Source: an uncultured Candidatus Rokubacteria bacterium (GTDB taxonomy: Bacteria > Methylomirabilota > Methylomirabilia > Rokubacteriales > DASRDR01). Taken from it: a DNA stretch of 64,000 nt. The notes below the pieces were generated by a model, which saw only the letters and a program-made list of their open reading frames with translations, searched no databases and was not told where the DNA came from. The translations under genes were made by a program, and so were the position numbers. The stretch is taken from positions 512,001-576,000 of the forward strand of contig CAWGVS010000006.1 in assembly GCA_963826115.1 (NCBI GenBank). The letters are read 5' to 3'. Below are positions 28,914 to 40,183 of this stretch, piece by piece. The stretch's first letter is position 1. The number at the start of each line of letters is the position of its first letter.

Positions 28914-31010
28914 ATGGAGAGCCGCCACCAGGACGAGGCGCTGCGCGGGCTCGATCTCGTCGACCAGCTCGTGCAGGTCTCGCGATGGGTCGGCGCCGAG
29001 ACCTCGCTCGCGGTGTGGGGCGGAGGCAACACGTCGGTCAAGCTCACGGAGCCCGACCTCCTCGGCCGGCCCGTGCGGGTCCTGAGGGTCAAGGGGAGCG
29101 GCTCGGACCTCAAGAGCGTGACCCGACGGGACTTTCCCGGCGTGCGCCTGCCCGAGGTGCTGGCGCTCCTCGACCGCGACGACATGGGCGACCAGGAGAT
29201 GGTCGACTACCTCGCGCGCTGCCTCCAGGAGCCGGGCTCCCCCCGGCCGTCGATCGAGACGCTCCTCCACGGCTTCCTCGACGCGGAGGCCGTCATCCAC
29301 ACCCACGCGGACGCGATCGTCGGTCTGACGAACACGGAGCGCGGCCAGGACGTCGTCCAGGACCTCTTCGGGAAGGACGTCGTCTGGGTGCCGTACCGCC
29401 GGCCCGGGTTCCGGCTGTCGAAGGACGTCTGGGCGGCCATCCGCGCGCATCCCGAGACGCGGGCCATCGTGCTCGAGAAGCATGGGCTCAGCACGTGGGC
29501 GCGGACGCTCAAGGACGCGTACATGGCCACGATCGAGCTGGTGACGCGTGCCGAGGAGCGTCTCCGCGATGCCGCGCGGGCCCGGCGGGCCTTCGGGCCG
29601 CCCACCGTGGCCGCGCCCGACGCGGAGACCCGCCGGCGCGTCGCCCGCGAGGTGGCGCCGGCGCTCCGAGGCATGCTCGGCCGCGATCGGCGCGTGGTGC
29701 TCCGCTTCGACGACGGGGACGCCGTCCGCGAGCTGGCCAGCGCGCCCGAGGCGCCGCGGCTCGCCCAGGTCGGCCCCGCGACGCCCGATCACACGATCTA
29801 CTCGAAGCGCGTGCCCTGTTACGTGCCGCTCGCCGATCCCGGGTCGCCGGCGGCGGTGATCGACGCGCTCCGCGCCGCGGTCGCGCGCTTCGTCCAGGAG
29901 TACACGGCCTACTTCGAGGCTCACCGGCACGGCGAGCTGATGAAGCCCGGCGCCGGCGGACCGGCGGCGCCCCCGACGCTGACGGACCCGTATCCGCGCG
30001 TCGTGCTCCTCCCCGGCCTCGGCATGTTCACGAGCGGGAAGGACGCGCGCACGGCGGGGATCGTCGCCGACATCTACCACCACACGGCCGGGGTCATGCG
30101 GGCGGCGTCGGCGCTCGGCACGTACACCTCGCTGTCGGCGCAGGACGCGTTCAACGTCGAGTTCTGGCCGCTCGAGCTCTACAAGCTCCAGATGGCGCCG
30201 CCCGAGAAGGAGCTGGCGCGGCGAGTCGCGCTGGTCACCGGGGCCGCCAGCGGGATCGGGCGCGCGGTGGCGCGGCGGCTCGCCCGCGAGGGCGCCCACG
30301 TCGTCGTGACCGACGTCGACGAGGCGGGCGCCCGCCGGGTCGCCGACGAGGCCGCGGCGGAGGCCGGGCCGGCGCGCCCGCTCGGCGTCCGGATGGACGT
30401 GACCTCGGAGGCCTCGGTGGAGGCGGCCGTGGCGGCGGCGGTCGACGCGTATGGCGGACTCGACATCGTCGTCTCGAACGCCGGCATCGCCCACGGTGCG
30501 GCGATCGACCGCATGGCGCTGGCCGACTGGGAGCGGAGCTTCGCGGTCAACGCCACGGGCCACTTCCTCGTGGCGCGGGCGGCGCTCCGGGTGATGAAGA
30601 CCCAGGGGCTGGGCGGCAGCTTCGTGTTCGTCGCCACGAAAAACGTGATGTCTCCAGGGAAGGACTTCGCGGCCTACAGCGCGTCGAAGGCCGCCGAGGC
30701 GCAGCTCGCCAAGGTGGCGGCGCTCGAGGGCGGCCCGCACGGGATCCGCGTCAACATCGTCAACCCGGACGCCGTCTTCCGGGACTCGGGCCTCTGGTCG
30801 CCCGAGGTGCGCCACGAGCGGGCGCGCGCCCAGGGCATCGCCGTCGACGAGATCGAGGACTTCTACCGGAAGCGCAACCTCCTCGGTGTCTCCGTCCTCC
30901 CGGAGGACGTCGCCGAGGCGGTCCTGTTCCTGGCGTCCGACCGGTCCGCCAAGACGACCGGCTGCACGCTGACCGTCGACGGCGGCGTTCGCGACGCGTT
31001 CCCCCGGTAG
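28914..31010 (+). CDS. Bifunctional class II aldolase / short-chain dehydrogenase (RhaD-SDR, RhaEW/YuxG-like)
   Basis: GGGNTSVK, KGSGSDL, RPSIETLLH, HTHAD, TPDH; SDR TGAASGIG, NAG, YSASK. Confidence 0.88.
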   Translation: MESRHQDEALRGLDLVDQLVQVSRWVGAETSLAVWGGGNTSVKLTEPDLLGRPVRVLRVKGSGSDLKSVTRRDFPGVRLPEVLALLDRDDMGDQEMVDYLARCLQEPGSPRPSIETLLHGFLDAEAVIHTHADAIVGLTNTERGQDVVQDLFGKDVVWVPYRRPGFRLSKDVWAAIRAHPETRAIVLEKHGLSTWARTLKDAYMATIELVTRAEERLRDAARARRAFGPPTVAAPDAETRRRVAREVAPALRGMLGRDRRVVLRFDDGDAVRELASAPEAPRLAQVGPATPDHTIYSKRVPCYVPLADPGSPAAVIDALRAAVARFVQEYTAYFEAHRHGELMKPGAGGPAAPPTLTDPYPRVVLLPGLGMFTSGKDARTAGIVADIYHHTAGVMRAASALGTYTSLSAQDAFNVEFWPLELYKLQMAPPEKELARRVALVTGAASGIGRAVARRLAREGAHVVVTDVDEAGARRVADEAAAEAGPARPLGVRMDVTSEASVEAAVAAAVDAYGGLDIVVSNAGIAHGAAIDRMALADWERSFAVNATGHFLVARAALRVMKTQGLGGSFVFVATKNVMSPGKDFAAYSASKAAEAQLAKVAALEGGPHGIRVNIVNPDAVFRDSGLWSPEVRHERARAQGIAVDEIEDFYRKRNLLGVSVLPEDVAEAVLFLASDRSAKTTGCTLTVDGGVRDAFPR

Positions 31011-31063
31011 CGCGCAAGCTCTCTGAGAGACGTAAATGCTCGTTAAAGTTACTCGATTACCTG

Positions 31064-31103
31064 TTGGTTTGACCTAACATGTACAGTATTATGTGAATGT
31101 ACG
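31064..31103 (+). promoter_or_regulatory. TA promoter/operator
   Basis: TTGGTT-N17-TATTAT in AT-rich DNA with TGTACA (31080) and TGTACG (31098) boxes of the YefM/Phd operator type. Confidence 0.55.
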
Positions 31104-31147
31104 TTTATGAGGTCCAGAGAGCGGAACACTAAGGACGAGGAAAGCCC

Positions 31148-31396
31148 ATGACGACTCTGAACGCGGTCAGACTTCGGGCGACGCTGGCCGAAACCCTCAA
31201 CCAGGTTGCCTATGCCCATGAACGGGTCATCGTCGAGAAGCACGGCAAGCCCGTCGCCGCGCTGGTACCGATCGAGGATCTGAAGACGCTCGAGGCCCTC
31301 GAGGACCGGATCGACCTGGAAGCTGCGCGCGAAGCGCTCGCGGCACCTGTCGCTCGCCGACCCTGGGCGGAGGTCAAGGCCGAGCTCGGTCTGTAG
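31148..31396 (+). CDS. Type II antitoxin, Phd/YefM family
   Basis: LRATLAETLNQVAYAHERVIVEKHGKPVAALVP, acidic C-terminus; GAGGA RBS. Confidence 0.9.
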   Translation: MTTLNAVRLRATLAETLNQVAYAHERVIVEKHGKPVAALVPIEDLKTLEALEDRIDLEAAREALAAPVARRPWAEVKAELGL

Positions 31397-31425
31397 GCCA
31401 ACGCCAACGCGATCAACTCCACGGC

Positions 31426-31683
31426 ATGCCGTACGCTGTCGAGATCACGGATGCGGCTGCGAGGGTGCTCGGCTCCATCGGCAAGAAGCAGCAGCGTCAG
31501 GTCGCGGCGCGGATCGATGGTCTGGCTGAGAACCCCCGCCCGCGTGGCTGCCAGAAGCTCCAGGGCGCCGACGATCTCTATCGCGTCCGGTCCGGTGACT
31601 ACCGGATCATCTACCAGATCGCCGACGAGCGACTCCGGGTGCTCGTGATCCGAATCGGGCATCGCCGAGAGGTCTATCGCTGA
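31426..31683 (+). CDS. Type II toxin, RelE/ParE family
   Basis: LAENPRPRGCQKL, YRVRSGDYRIIY, IGHRREVYR. Confidence 0.92.
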   Translation: MPYAVEITDAAARVLGSIGKKQQRQVAARIDGLAENPRPRGCQKLQGADDLYRVRSGDYRIIYQIADERLRVLVIRIGHRREVYR

Positions 31684-32630
31684 TGTCGATCCGCTTCGGG
31701 GTGGAGCTCCAGCACCGCGCGGAGCTCCTCGCGCCGACCGCGACGCGGGCGGAGGCGCTCGGGTTCGACTCGGTGTGGATCGGGGACCACGTCGCGATCC
31801 ACCGGCCGACCTTCGACGCGCTGGCGGCCCTGAGCTATCTCGCGGCCGTGACCCGCCGCGTGCGGATCGGCCCCTGCGTCTACCTGCTCCCCCTCCGGCA
31901 TCCCGCGGTGGCCGCGAAGCTGGTTGCGTCGCTCGACGTCCTCTCGGGCGGCCGCGTGATCTTCGGGGTCGGCGTGGGTGGCGAGTTCCCGAAGGAGTTC
32001 GAGGTCTCCGGCGTCCCGCACCGGGAGCGCGGCGCGCGGACGGACGAGGGGATCCGCGTCTGCCGGGCGCTCTGGGGGCCGTCGCCGGTCTCCTTCGAGG
32101 GCCGGTTCACGCGGTTCGCCGACGTCGTCTTCGAGCCGAAGCCCGTCCAGCCGGGCGGGCCCCCGATCTGGATCGGCGGCCGCTCGGACGCCGCCCTCCG
32201 CCGGGCGGCGCGGCTCGGCGACGGCTGGATCGCGTACCTGGTCACGCCGGAGCGGTTCCGCGCGAGCCTCGAGAAGATCGAGGGCTTCGCGCGGGAGGCC
32301 GGGAGGCCGCTCGGGCCGGGGCGTCCCTTCGAGGCCGCCCACGTGCTCTTCACCGTCGTCGACGCGGACTACGAGGCGGCGCGGGCGACCGCCGCGCGCT
32401 ACCTCGAGCACCAGTACAACCAGCCGTTCGACGATCTGGCGCGGAAGTACTGCCTGCTGGGTCCCCCCGACGCGTGCCTCGCGAAGCTCGCCGAGTTCGC
32501 CGCCGCGGGCGTCCGCACCTTCGTCGTCTACTTCGCGGTGCCCGCGGAGCGGGTCCCGGAGCAGCTCGAGCGCTTCGGGGCCGAGGTCATGCCGCGGATG
32601 CCGGGCTGGGCGGGGCCGGGCGCAGCGTAG
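31683..32630 (+). CDS. LLM-class flavin (possibly F420)-dependent oxidoreductase
   Basis: AEALGFDSVWIGDH, LDVLSGGRV.FGVGVG, PPIWIGG.S.AALRRAARLGDGW. Confidence 0.88.
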   Translation: MSIRFGVELQHRAELLAPTATRAEALGFDSVWIGDHVAIHRPTFDALAALSYLAAVTRRVRIGPCVYLLPLRHPAVAAKLVASLDVLSGGRVIFGVGVGGEFPKEFEVSGVPHRERGARTDEGIRVCRALWGPSPVSFEGRFTRFADVVFEPKPVQPGGPPIWIGGRSDAALRRAARLGDGWIAYLVTPERFRASLEKIEGFAREAGRPLGPGRPFEAAHVLFTVVDADYEAARATAARYLEHQYNQPFDDLARKYCLLGPPDACLAKLAEFAAAGVRTFVVYFAVPAERVPEQLERFGAEVMPRMPGWAGPGAA

Positions 32631-32631
32631 C

Positions 32632-34281
32632 ATGGCGGACGCAACCGGAGGCGAGCTGGTCGCGCGCGTCCTCGCGCGCGAGGGCGTGCCGGTCATCTTC
32701 ACGCTCTGCGGTGGCCACGTCCTGCCGATCTACGATGGCTGCCTCCGTCACGGGATCCGCATCGTCGACGTGCGGCACGAGCAGGCTGCGGCGCACGCCG
32801 CGGACGCGTGGGCGCGGCTGACCCGCGGGCTCGGCGTCGCGGTGGTCGTGCCCGGGCCCGGCGTGACGGACGCCGTCACCGGCGTGGCCAACGCCCACGC
32901 CGCGCGGAGCCCGCTGCTCCTGATCGGGGGTGGCTCGCCGCTCGGGCTCAAAGGGCAGGGCGCCCTCCAGGAGATGGACCAGGTCTCGCTGATGCGGCCG
33001 ATCACGAAGGGCGCGTGGGCGGTGCCGGAGCCGCGCCTCATCCCCGAGTACCTGGGGCGCGCGATCGACGTCGCGCTCTCCGGCCAGCCGGGACCGGTCT
33101 TCATCGAGATCGCGGTCGACCTCCTGATGTCGACGGTCGACGAGCGGGACGCGGTCCTGCCGGCCGCCGGTCCGCGCGGCCGCCCGGCGCCCGATCCGGA
33201 GGCGGTCGACCGCGTGGGAGCGCTCCTTCGCGACGCGGAGCGGCCGGCGGTGGTGGCGGGGAGCGGCGTGTACTGGGACGGCGCCTGGGACGCCCTCGCC
33301 CGGCTGGCCGAGCGCGCGGGCGTGCCGGTGTTCACGAACGGCATGGGGCGGGGATGCCTTCCGCACGACCACCCGATGGCGTTCCAGCTGGCGCGAGGTG
33401 TGGCGCTCCGCGAGGCCGACGTGGTGCTCGTGCTCGGGACGCCCCTCGACTTCCGGCTCGGCTACGGCCAGGCGCCGGTGTTCGGCGAGGGCGCCCGCGT
33501 CGTGATGGTCGACGCCGCCGGCGGCGACTTCGGCAAGAATCGCACGCTCGCCGCCGGCCTCGCCGCGGACGTCCGGCTGACCCTCGAGGCCCTCGCCTCC
33601 GCCGTCCCGCCAGGGCTCGCCGCGCGAAGCGAGGGCTGGCGCCGCCGCCTCCGCGAGAAGGAGGACGCCGAGCGCGGGAAGCAGGCGGTCCTCGCCGCGT
33701 CGGACCGGACGCCCATCACCCACTACCGGCTGGCCGCCGAGCTCGCCGCCGTCGTGAGCGACGAGACGTGCCTCGTCGCGGACGGCGGCGACGTGGTGAC
33801 GTGCGCGTCGAAGGTCGTGCCGCTGTCGCGCCCCGCGCAGTGGCTCGACCCGGGGCCGCTCGGAGTCCTCGGGGTCGGCCCGCCGTTCGCGATCGCGGCT
33901 AAGGCGCTCCATCCCGAGTGGCGCGTGCTCCTCCTGTCGGGGGACGGTGCGTTCGGGCTGAACGGCATGGAGCTCGAGACCGCGGTGCGCTTCGACCTGC
34001 CCCTCGTCTGCGTCGTCGGGAACGACGGCGGGTGGGGCATGATCCGGTCGGTCCAGCAGAATTTCTACGGGCGCGAGCGGACCGTCGCGACGTCCTTGCC
34101 CTTCACCCGCTACGACCGGCTCGTCGAGGCGCTGGGCGGGGTGGGAGAGACGATCGAGGACCCGCGCCGGCTCCGGCCCGCGCTCGAGCGCGCGCTCGAC
34201 TCCGGCCGGGTCGCGTGCCTGAATGTTATCCTGGACCCCGACGCCTACCGCCGCGAGGGCGGCGGCAGTCTGGCCATCTGA
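32632..34281 (+). CDS. ThDP-dependent enzyme (acetolactate synthase/2-hydroxyacyl-CoA lyase-like)
   Basis: C-terminal part of track ORF 31978..34281; [32 protein letters not shown]...GNDGGWG. Confidence 0.88.
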   Translation: MADATGGELVARVLAREGVPVIFTLCGGHVLPIYDGCLRHGIRIVDVRHEQAAAHAADAWARLTRGLGVAVVVPGPGVTDAVTGVANAHAARSPLLLIGGGSPLGLKGQGALQEMDQVSLMRPITKGAWAVPEPRLIPEYLGRAIDVALSGQPGPVFIEIAVDLLMSTVDERDAVLPAAGPRGRPAPDPEAVDRVGALLRDAERPAVVAGSGVYWDGAWDALARLAERAGVPVFTNGMGRGCLPHDHPMAFQLARGVALREADVVLVLGTPLDFRLGYGQAPVFGEGARVVMVDAAGGDFGKNRTLAAGLAADVRLTLEALASAVPPGLAARSEGWRRRLREKEDAERGKQAVLAASDRTPITHYRLAAELAAVVSDETCLVADGGDVVTCASKVVPLSRPAQWLDPGPLGVLGVGPPFAIAAKALHPEWRVLLLSGDGAFGLNGMELETAVRFDLPLVCVVGNDGGWGMIRSVQQNFYGRERTVATSLPFTRYDRLVEALGGVGETIEDPRRLRPALERALDSGRVACLNVILDPDAYRREGGGSLAI

Positions 34282-34313
34282 TCGCCGGGCCCGAGGGCCG
34301 CGGGGGAGCGCCG

Positions 34314-35735
<1,422 letters not shown>

Positions 35736-35768
35736 ACCGACGCGCCTCGCGCCGGCCGGCGGGGCGCG

Positions 35769-36629
35769 TCAGAGCGCCGTGATCAGGTACACGCCGAGGA
35801 CGATGAGCAGCGTGCCCACGATCAACCGCGCGCTGAGCCGCTCGACGTCGCGGAGGAACACGGCGGAGAGGGCGAGCACGAAGAGGGGCATGGCCCCGAC
35901 GAGCGGCGCCACCACCGTGACCGTGCCCACCTGGAGCGCGATCACGCCGAGGAGCACCCCCGCGTTCTCGGCGATCCCGGCCGCGATCAGGTAGCCGAGG
36001 CTCGGCGCGTCGCAGCGCGCGCGGCGCCGGTGGCCGGTCGCCGCGAGAAACGCGGTCACCGCGACGAGGGCCGTGGTCACGTTCACGGCGAAGCCGGTCA
36101 TGGGGCCCGCGCCGCCGAGGCCGAGCTTCCTCAGGATCGCGACCGCGCCGAAGGCCAGCGCGGAGAGGAACGGGAACAGGAGCTCCGCGGGCCGGAAGCC
36201 CTGGATCCGGCCGCTGGCCGAGAGCAGCCCCGTGCCCGCCACGATCACCACCGTGCCGGCGACGACGCGCGACGTCACGGTCTCGCCGAGGAGCAGGATC
36301 GCGAGGCCGGCGGAGATGAACGGGTGGAGGTTGATGAGCGCCGCCGCCACCGACGCCCCGACCCGGTCGATGCTCACGAAGCGGAGGAGCCGCCCCGCCG
36401 TCGTCCCCACCAGGCCCGCGAGGACGAAGTAGAGGACCCCGCGGCGGTTGACGGACTCCCCGGACGCGAGGAGCAGGACGGCGGCCCAGAGGCCGGCCGT
36501 GCCGACGACGAGGTTGATCCAGTAGCTGGTGAGCGCGTCGGCGCCGCGAAGGCCCTGCCGGATCAGGATCGTGGCGACGGCCGTGAGCGCGCCGCTCCCG
36601 AGCGCGAAGACGTAGACGGGCTCCGGCAG
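35769..36629 (-). CDS. EamA/DMT family transporter, probable CTG start
   Basis: Frame of track ORF 35769..36410 stays open and hydrophobic for 73 more codons to CTG 36629 (GAGGA 8 nt upstream); in-frame TGA at 36674; full length gives two EamA repeats. Confidence 0.8.
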   Translation of the reverse strand: MPEPVYVFALGSGALTAVATILIRQGLRGADALTSYWINLVVGTAGLWAAVLLLASGESVNRRGVLYFVLAGLVGTTAGRLLRFVSIDRVGASVAAALINLHPFISAGLAILLLGETVTSRVVAGTVVIVAGTGLLSASGRIQGFRPAELLFPFLSALAFGAVAILRKLGLGGAGPMTGFAVNVTTALVAVTAFLAATGHRRRARCDAPSLGYLIAAGIAENAGVLLGVIALQVGTVTVVAPLVGAMPLFVLALSAVFLRDVERLSARLIVGTLLIVLGVYLITAL

Positions 36630-36947
36630 GGGCGTCGTCCTCGAGCCCCGGTCAGGCGTCCCTGCGTCGTGTCATGCCGTCGTCTCGCCGTCGAGCCAGC
36701 GTCGCGGGCGGGGGAGGCTCGACTGCGAGTGGCCCGAGCGCCCCGTGGCCCCGGCAAGAATACAGCGGGGTGGGCGCACGCGACAGGTGGCGGGTCATGT
36801 GACGGTTTCTGACCGGGTGTGCTCAGGGTGGGTCCGATGCTGCGCCGTTCCATCGGGACCACCCGCTGGCCGTAGCCGTTCCGTAACCTAGCGCGGGATT
36901 TCACGGTATGCGCCATGGAGCCCGCTTCGCGCACCTGTCCGCTGCCC

Positions 36948-36963
36948 TGGCATGGCGGTTGCT
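36948..36963 (+). promoter_or_regulatory. sigma54 -24/-12 promoter
   Basis: TGGCAT-GGCGG-TTGCT upstream of the small gene at 37035. Confidence 0.8.
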
Positions 36964-37034
36964 CATCCTGATGAGGCATGGCCGAGTCCCGGGACGAGGC
37001 ACCGAGCCTCAACCGGCAGGAGGAGGTGGCGGCC

Positions 37035-37229
37035 ATGGGCGGTCCCTGGAGAGAGCGGGGGTTCGATGCGGCGGTGCTGCAATCACCCCGACCCGCTGGC
37101 GCGCGCCGCGCCGTGCTGGTGACGCGGGAGTCCGCGCACGAGCGGCTTGGGAAGGTCGTCCTCGTCTACATCGCGGCGGTGGTGATGTCGTTCGGGCTGA
37201 TGCTGAGCCTCATGCAGCTCGGCTGGTGA
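37035..37229 (+). CDS. Small single-pass membrane protein (64 aa)
   Basis: AGGAGGAGGT RBS before ATG 37035; C-terminal TM helix; own sigma54 promoter. Confidence 0.65.
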   Translation: MGGPWRERGFDAAVLQSPRPAGARRAVLVTRESAHERLGKVVLVYIAAVVMSFGLMLSLMQLGW

Positions 37230-37339
37230 GGCGCGGCCCCGCGCCCGGCCTCGTCCGCCCGCATCCCGGGCGCTGAGCACCCGCCGCCCGTCCGGGCGTC
37301 TGGTCCGGCGGTAGTGACGGTCGTCGTCCGGGCGTTGCC

Positions 37340-37368
37340 TTGACCCCTCCGGGGCCGGCTCTTAGAAT
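37340..37368 (+). promoter_or_regulatory. sigma70 promoter with very short leader
   Basis: TTGACC-N17-TAGAAT, 10 nt before ATG 37379. Confidence 0.72.
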
Positions 37369-37378
37369 TTCCCTTGGC

Positions 37379-37744
37379 ATGCCCATCTACGAGTACCACT
37401 GCGCCGACTGCCGGCGGGCGGTCAGTCTCCTCGTCATGCGGATCTCCGATCCGACCCCGCCCAGTTGCCCGCGCTGCGGGGGCAGCCAGCTCCGCCGCTT
37501 GATGTCGCGGTTCGCGACCATCCGCTCCGAGGAGGACCGTCTCGAGTCTCTGGCCGATCCCTCGAGCCTCGGCGACCTGAACGAGGACGACCCGAAGAGC
37601 GTGGCGCGGTGGATGAAGAAGATGGGCACCGAGATGGGGGAGGACCTCGGCGACGACGTCGACGAGGCCCTGGAGGACGAGGCCGCGGCGGGGTCCGACC
37701 TGGAGGGGTCCTCGGAAACGTCCGGAGGTGGGGACGACCTCTGA
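37379..37744 (+). CDS. FmdB-family zinc-ribbon protein
   Basis: MPIYEYHCADC...CPRCG..LRRLMSRF, acidic tail. Confidence 0.88.
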   Translation: MPIYEYHCADCRRAVSLLVMRISDPTPPSCPRCGGSQLRRLMSRFATIRSEEDRLESLADPSSLGDLNEDDPKSVARWMKKMGTEMGEDLGDDVDEALEDEAAAGSDLEGSSETSGGGDDL

Positions 37745-37864
37745 CGGGGCCCCGAACCCCCCCGGAGGTCCCGCCCGTCTCAACATCGGACAAATGAGCG
37801 CTCCGAGGATGCGGCACCGGCGGCGGGGCTGCCGGAGTCCGTTCGTCGACGTGGCGTAATCCCC

Positions 37865-38860
37865 ATGAGAATCGAGCATTTCTCCGACTGGGACGGCCTC
37901 GGGATCGGCGAGGCGGGCTGGAACCGTCTCGTCGAGCGGTGTCGAGCGCCGGTGCCGTTCGCGACCTGGCAGTTCCAGACGACGTGGTTCCGCGCCTTTG
38001 CCCCCGGGCCCCTTCACCTCTTCGCCGCCCAGGATGGGGCGGGCGAATGGGTGGGCCTCCTGCCCCTCTACGAGACGACGACGCCCGACGGCCCCGTCCT
38101 GCGCCTCGTCGGCGGGACGGACGTCACCGACTACCTCGACCTGATCGCGGTGGCCGGCCGCGAGGAGGAAGTCTGGAAGGCGATGCTGCCCGCCCTCGGC
38201 GACGTCGCCTGGCGGGCCGTCGACCTCCGCCCCGTTCCCGCCGCCTCGCCGACGCCGGGCCTCCTGCGGGGCCTGGCGGCCTCGTCGAGCCTCGAGGTCC
38301 GCGTCGACGTGGAGGACCGGTGCCCGGTGATCGAGCTCGCCGACACGTGGGACGGCTACCTCGGGCGCCTTTCCGGGAAGGACCGTCACGAGCTCCGGCG
38401 GAAGATCCGGCGGGCCGAGGCGGGACGCCCCCGGGTCGAGGTTGCGCGAGACCCGGCGGCGATGGACGCGCTGATGGACGGCTTCGTCGCGCTCCACCGG
38501 CTCTCCAAGGTCGGCAAGGCGCGCTTCATGGACGAGCCGATGGAGGCCTTCTTCCGCGACCTCGGGCGCTTGCTGTCCCGCGCGGGCCTCGCGTCCCTCT
38601 GGATGCTCTGGCTCGAGGATCGGCCGGCAGCGGCGCTCTTCTGCCTCGAGCAGGCCGGCAGCGTGGGCCTCTACAACTCCGGCTTCGACCCGGAGGCCCG
38701 TGCGATGTCCCCGGGCGTCGTCCTCATCGCGCGCACGATCGAGGACGCGATCGCGCGCGGCTTCCGGCGCTACGATTTCCTCCGGGGCGAGGAGCCCTAC
38801 AAGTACGGCTTCGGCGCCGTGCCGACGGAAGTCCTGCGCGTGACGCTGGAGCGGTCGTGA
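37865..38860 (+). CDS. GNAT-fold acyltransferase, CelD/BcsL family
   Basis: TDYLD, WDGYL.RLS.K.R.ELRRK, YNSGFD, SPGVVL, YDFLRGEEPYKY. Confidence 0.85.
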   Translation: MRIEHFSDWDGLGIGEAGWNRLVERCRAPVPFATWQFQTTWFRAFAPGPLHLFAAQDGAGEWVGLLPLYETTTPDGPVLRLVGGTDVTDYLDLIAVAGREEEVWKAMLPALGDVAWRAVDLRPVPAASPTPGLLRGLAASSSLEVRVDVEDRCPVIELADTWDGYLGRLSGKDRHELRRKIRRAEAGRPRVEVARDPAAMDALMDGFVALHRLSKVGKARFMDEPMEAFFRDLGRLLSRAGLASLWMLWLEDRPAAALFCLEQAGSVGLYNSGFDPEARAMSPGVVLIARTIEDAIARGFRRYDFLRGEEPYKYGFGAVPTEVLRVTLERS

Positions 38861-40152
38861 CCCCGGTGCTCTCCGTCCGAGCTGTCCGCCCCTCGCGGAT
38901 CGCCATGCTGTCGGTGCACACGTGCCCGCTCGCGGCGCTCGGCGGCAAGGAGACGGGCGGCATGAACGTCTACGTGCGCGAGGTCGCGCGCGCCCTCGGC
39001 CGCCTCGGCTTCGAGATCGACGTGTTCACGCGCAGCCAGGATCCCGCGATTCCGGAGGTGGTGCGGCTCGGGCCGGGCGCGCAGGTGGTCCACGTGCCCG
39101 CCGGCCCCGCCCGCCCGATCGCCCGCGCCGACGTGGCGGGCCACCTCGACGAGTTCGCCGACGGCGTGGAGGCGTTCCGCGCGCGCAAGGCCGCCCGCTA
39201 CGGCCTGGTTCACAGCCACTACTGGCTGTCGGGGCTCGCGGGGCTCGAGCTCGCGCGCCGCTGGGAGGCGCCGCTCGTCCACATGTTCCACACGCTCGGG
39301 GCCATCAAGAACGCGGTCGCGCGCGGGTCAGGCGACACCGAGCCCGCGGAGCGCCTGGCCGCCGAGGTGCGCATCGCGGCCGGCGCGGACCGGATCGTGG
39401 CCTCGAACCTGGTCGAGCGCGCCGACCTCGCCTGGCACGTCGGCGCCGACCCGGGCCGGGTGACCGTCATCCCGTGCGGGGTGGACGTCGAGCTCTTCCG
39501 GCCCCGCCCGGCCGCGGCCGCCCGCGGTCGCCTCGGGCTCGACGCCGAGCACGTCCTGCTCTTCGTGGGGCGGCTCACGCCGATCAAGGGTCTGGAGACG
39601 CTCCTCCGGGCGCTCTCGGCGCTTCGGTCCGACGGGCTCGCCGCGGCGCGGCTCAAGCTCCTGGTCGTCGGGGGCACGAAGGGCGACGAGGCCGGGAGCG
39701 AGCACCTGCGCCGGCTCGCGCACGATCTGGGGATCGGCGCCTGGGTCGACTTCCGGGGTCCTCAGCCGCAGGACGCGCTCCCGGACTACTACGCCGCGGC
39801 CGACGTGTGCCTGATCCCGTCGCGCTACGAGTCCTTCGGGATGGTCGCGCTCGAGGCGATGGCGTCCGGCGTGCCCGTCGTCGCGTCGCGCGCGGGCGGG
39901 CTCGCCGTCACCGTCCAGGACGGGGCGACGGGCCGCCTGGTGCCGGAGGGCGACGTGAGCGCCCTCGCGCGGGTCGTGGCGGAGCTGCTCGCCGACGAGC
40001 CGGGCCGGCGCGCGCTGGGCATCCGGGCGGTCGAGTGGGCCCGCCGCTTCGCGTGGCCGTCCGTCGGTCGGAGCGTCGTCGACCTCTACGCGGAGCTCTT
40101 GCCCGCGTCCGAGGGAGCGGTCGGCGCCTTGGCTTGCCGCTCCGTCCTCTAG
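38857..40152 (+). CDS. GT4 glycosyltransferase, MshA-like
   Basis: SVHTCPL...GGKETGGMNVYV, HSHYWLSG, HTLG.IKN, VGRL.PIKG, ESFGMVALEA; GTGA overlap with the GNAT gene. Confidence 0.85.
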   Translation: MTPVLSVRAVRPSRIAMLSVHTCPLAALGGKETGGMNVYVREVARALGRLGFEIDVFTRSQDPAIPEVVRLGPGAQVVHVPAGPARPIARADVAGHLDEFADGVEAFRARKAARYGLVHSHYWLSGLAGLELARRWEAPLVHMFHTLGAIKNAVARGSGDTEPAERLAAEVRIAAGADRIVASNLVERADLAWHVGADPGRVTVIPCGVDVELFRPRPAAAARGRLGLDAEHVLLFVGRLTPIKGLETLLRALSALRSDGLAAARLKLLVVGGTKGDEAGSEHLRRLAHDLGIGAWVDFRGPQPQDALPDYYAAADVCLIPSRYESFGMVALEAMASGVPVVASRAGGLAVTVQDGATGRLVPEGDVSALARVVAELLADEPGRRALGIRAVEWARRFAWPSVGRSVVDLYAELLPASEGAVGALACRSVL

Positions 40153-40183
40153 CGCCCGCCGTCGGGCGGGGACGAGCTTCGGA

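Noticed and set aside
28914-31010. Rhamnose utilisation operon
   Set aside because: Only the aldolase-dehydrogenase fusion is present; no isomerase, kinase or mutarotase nearby, so the substrate is unassigned
36672-36674. In-frame TGA upstream of the EamA gene as a third Sec codon
   Set aside because: No redox motif, flanking codons are not protein-like, and EamA has no Cys at such a position
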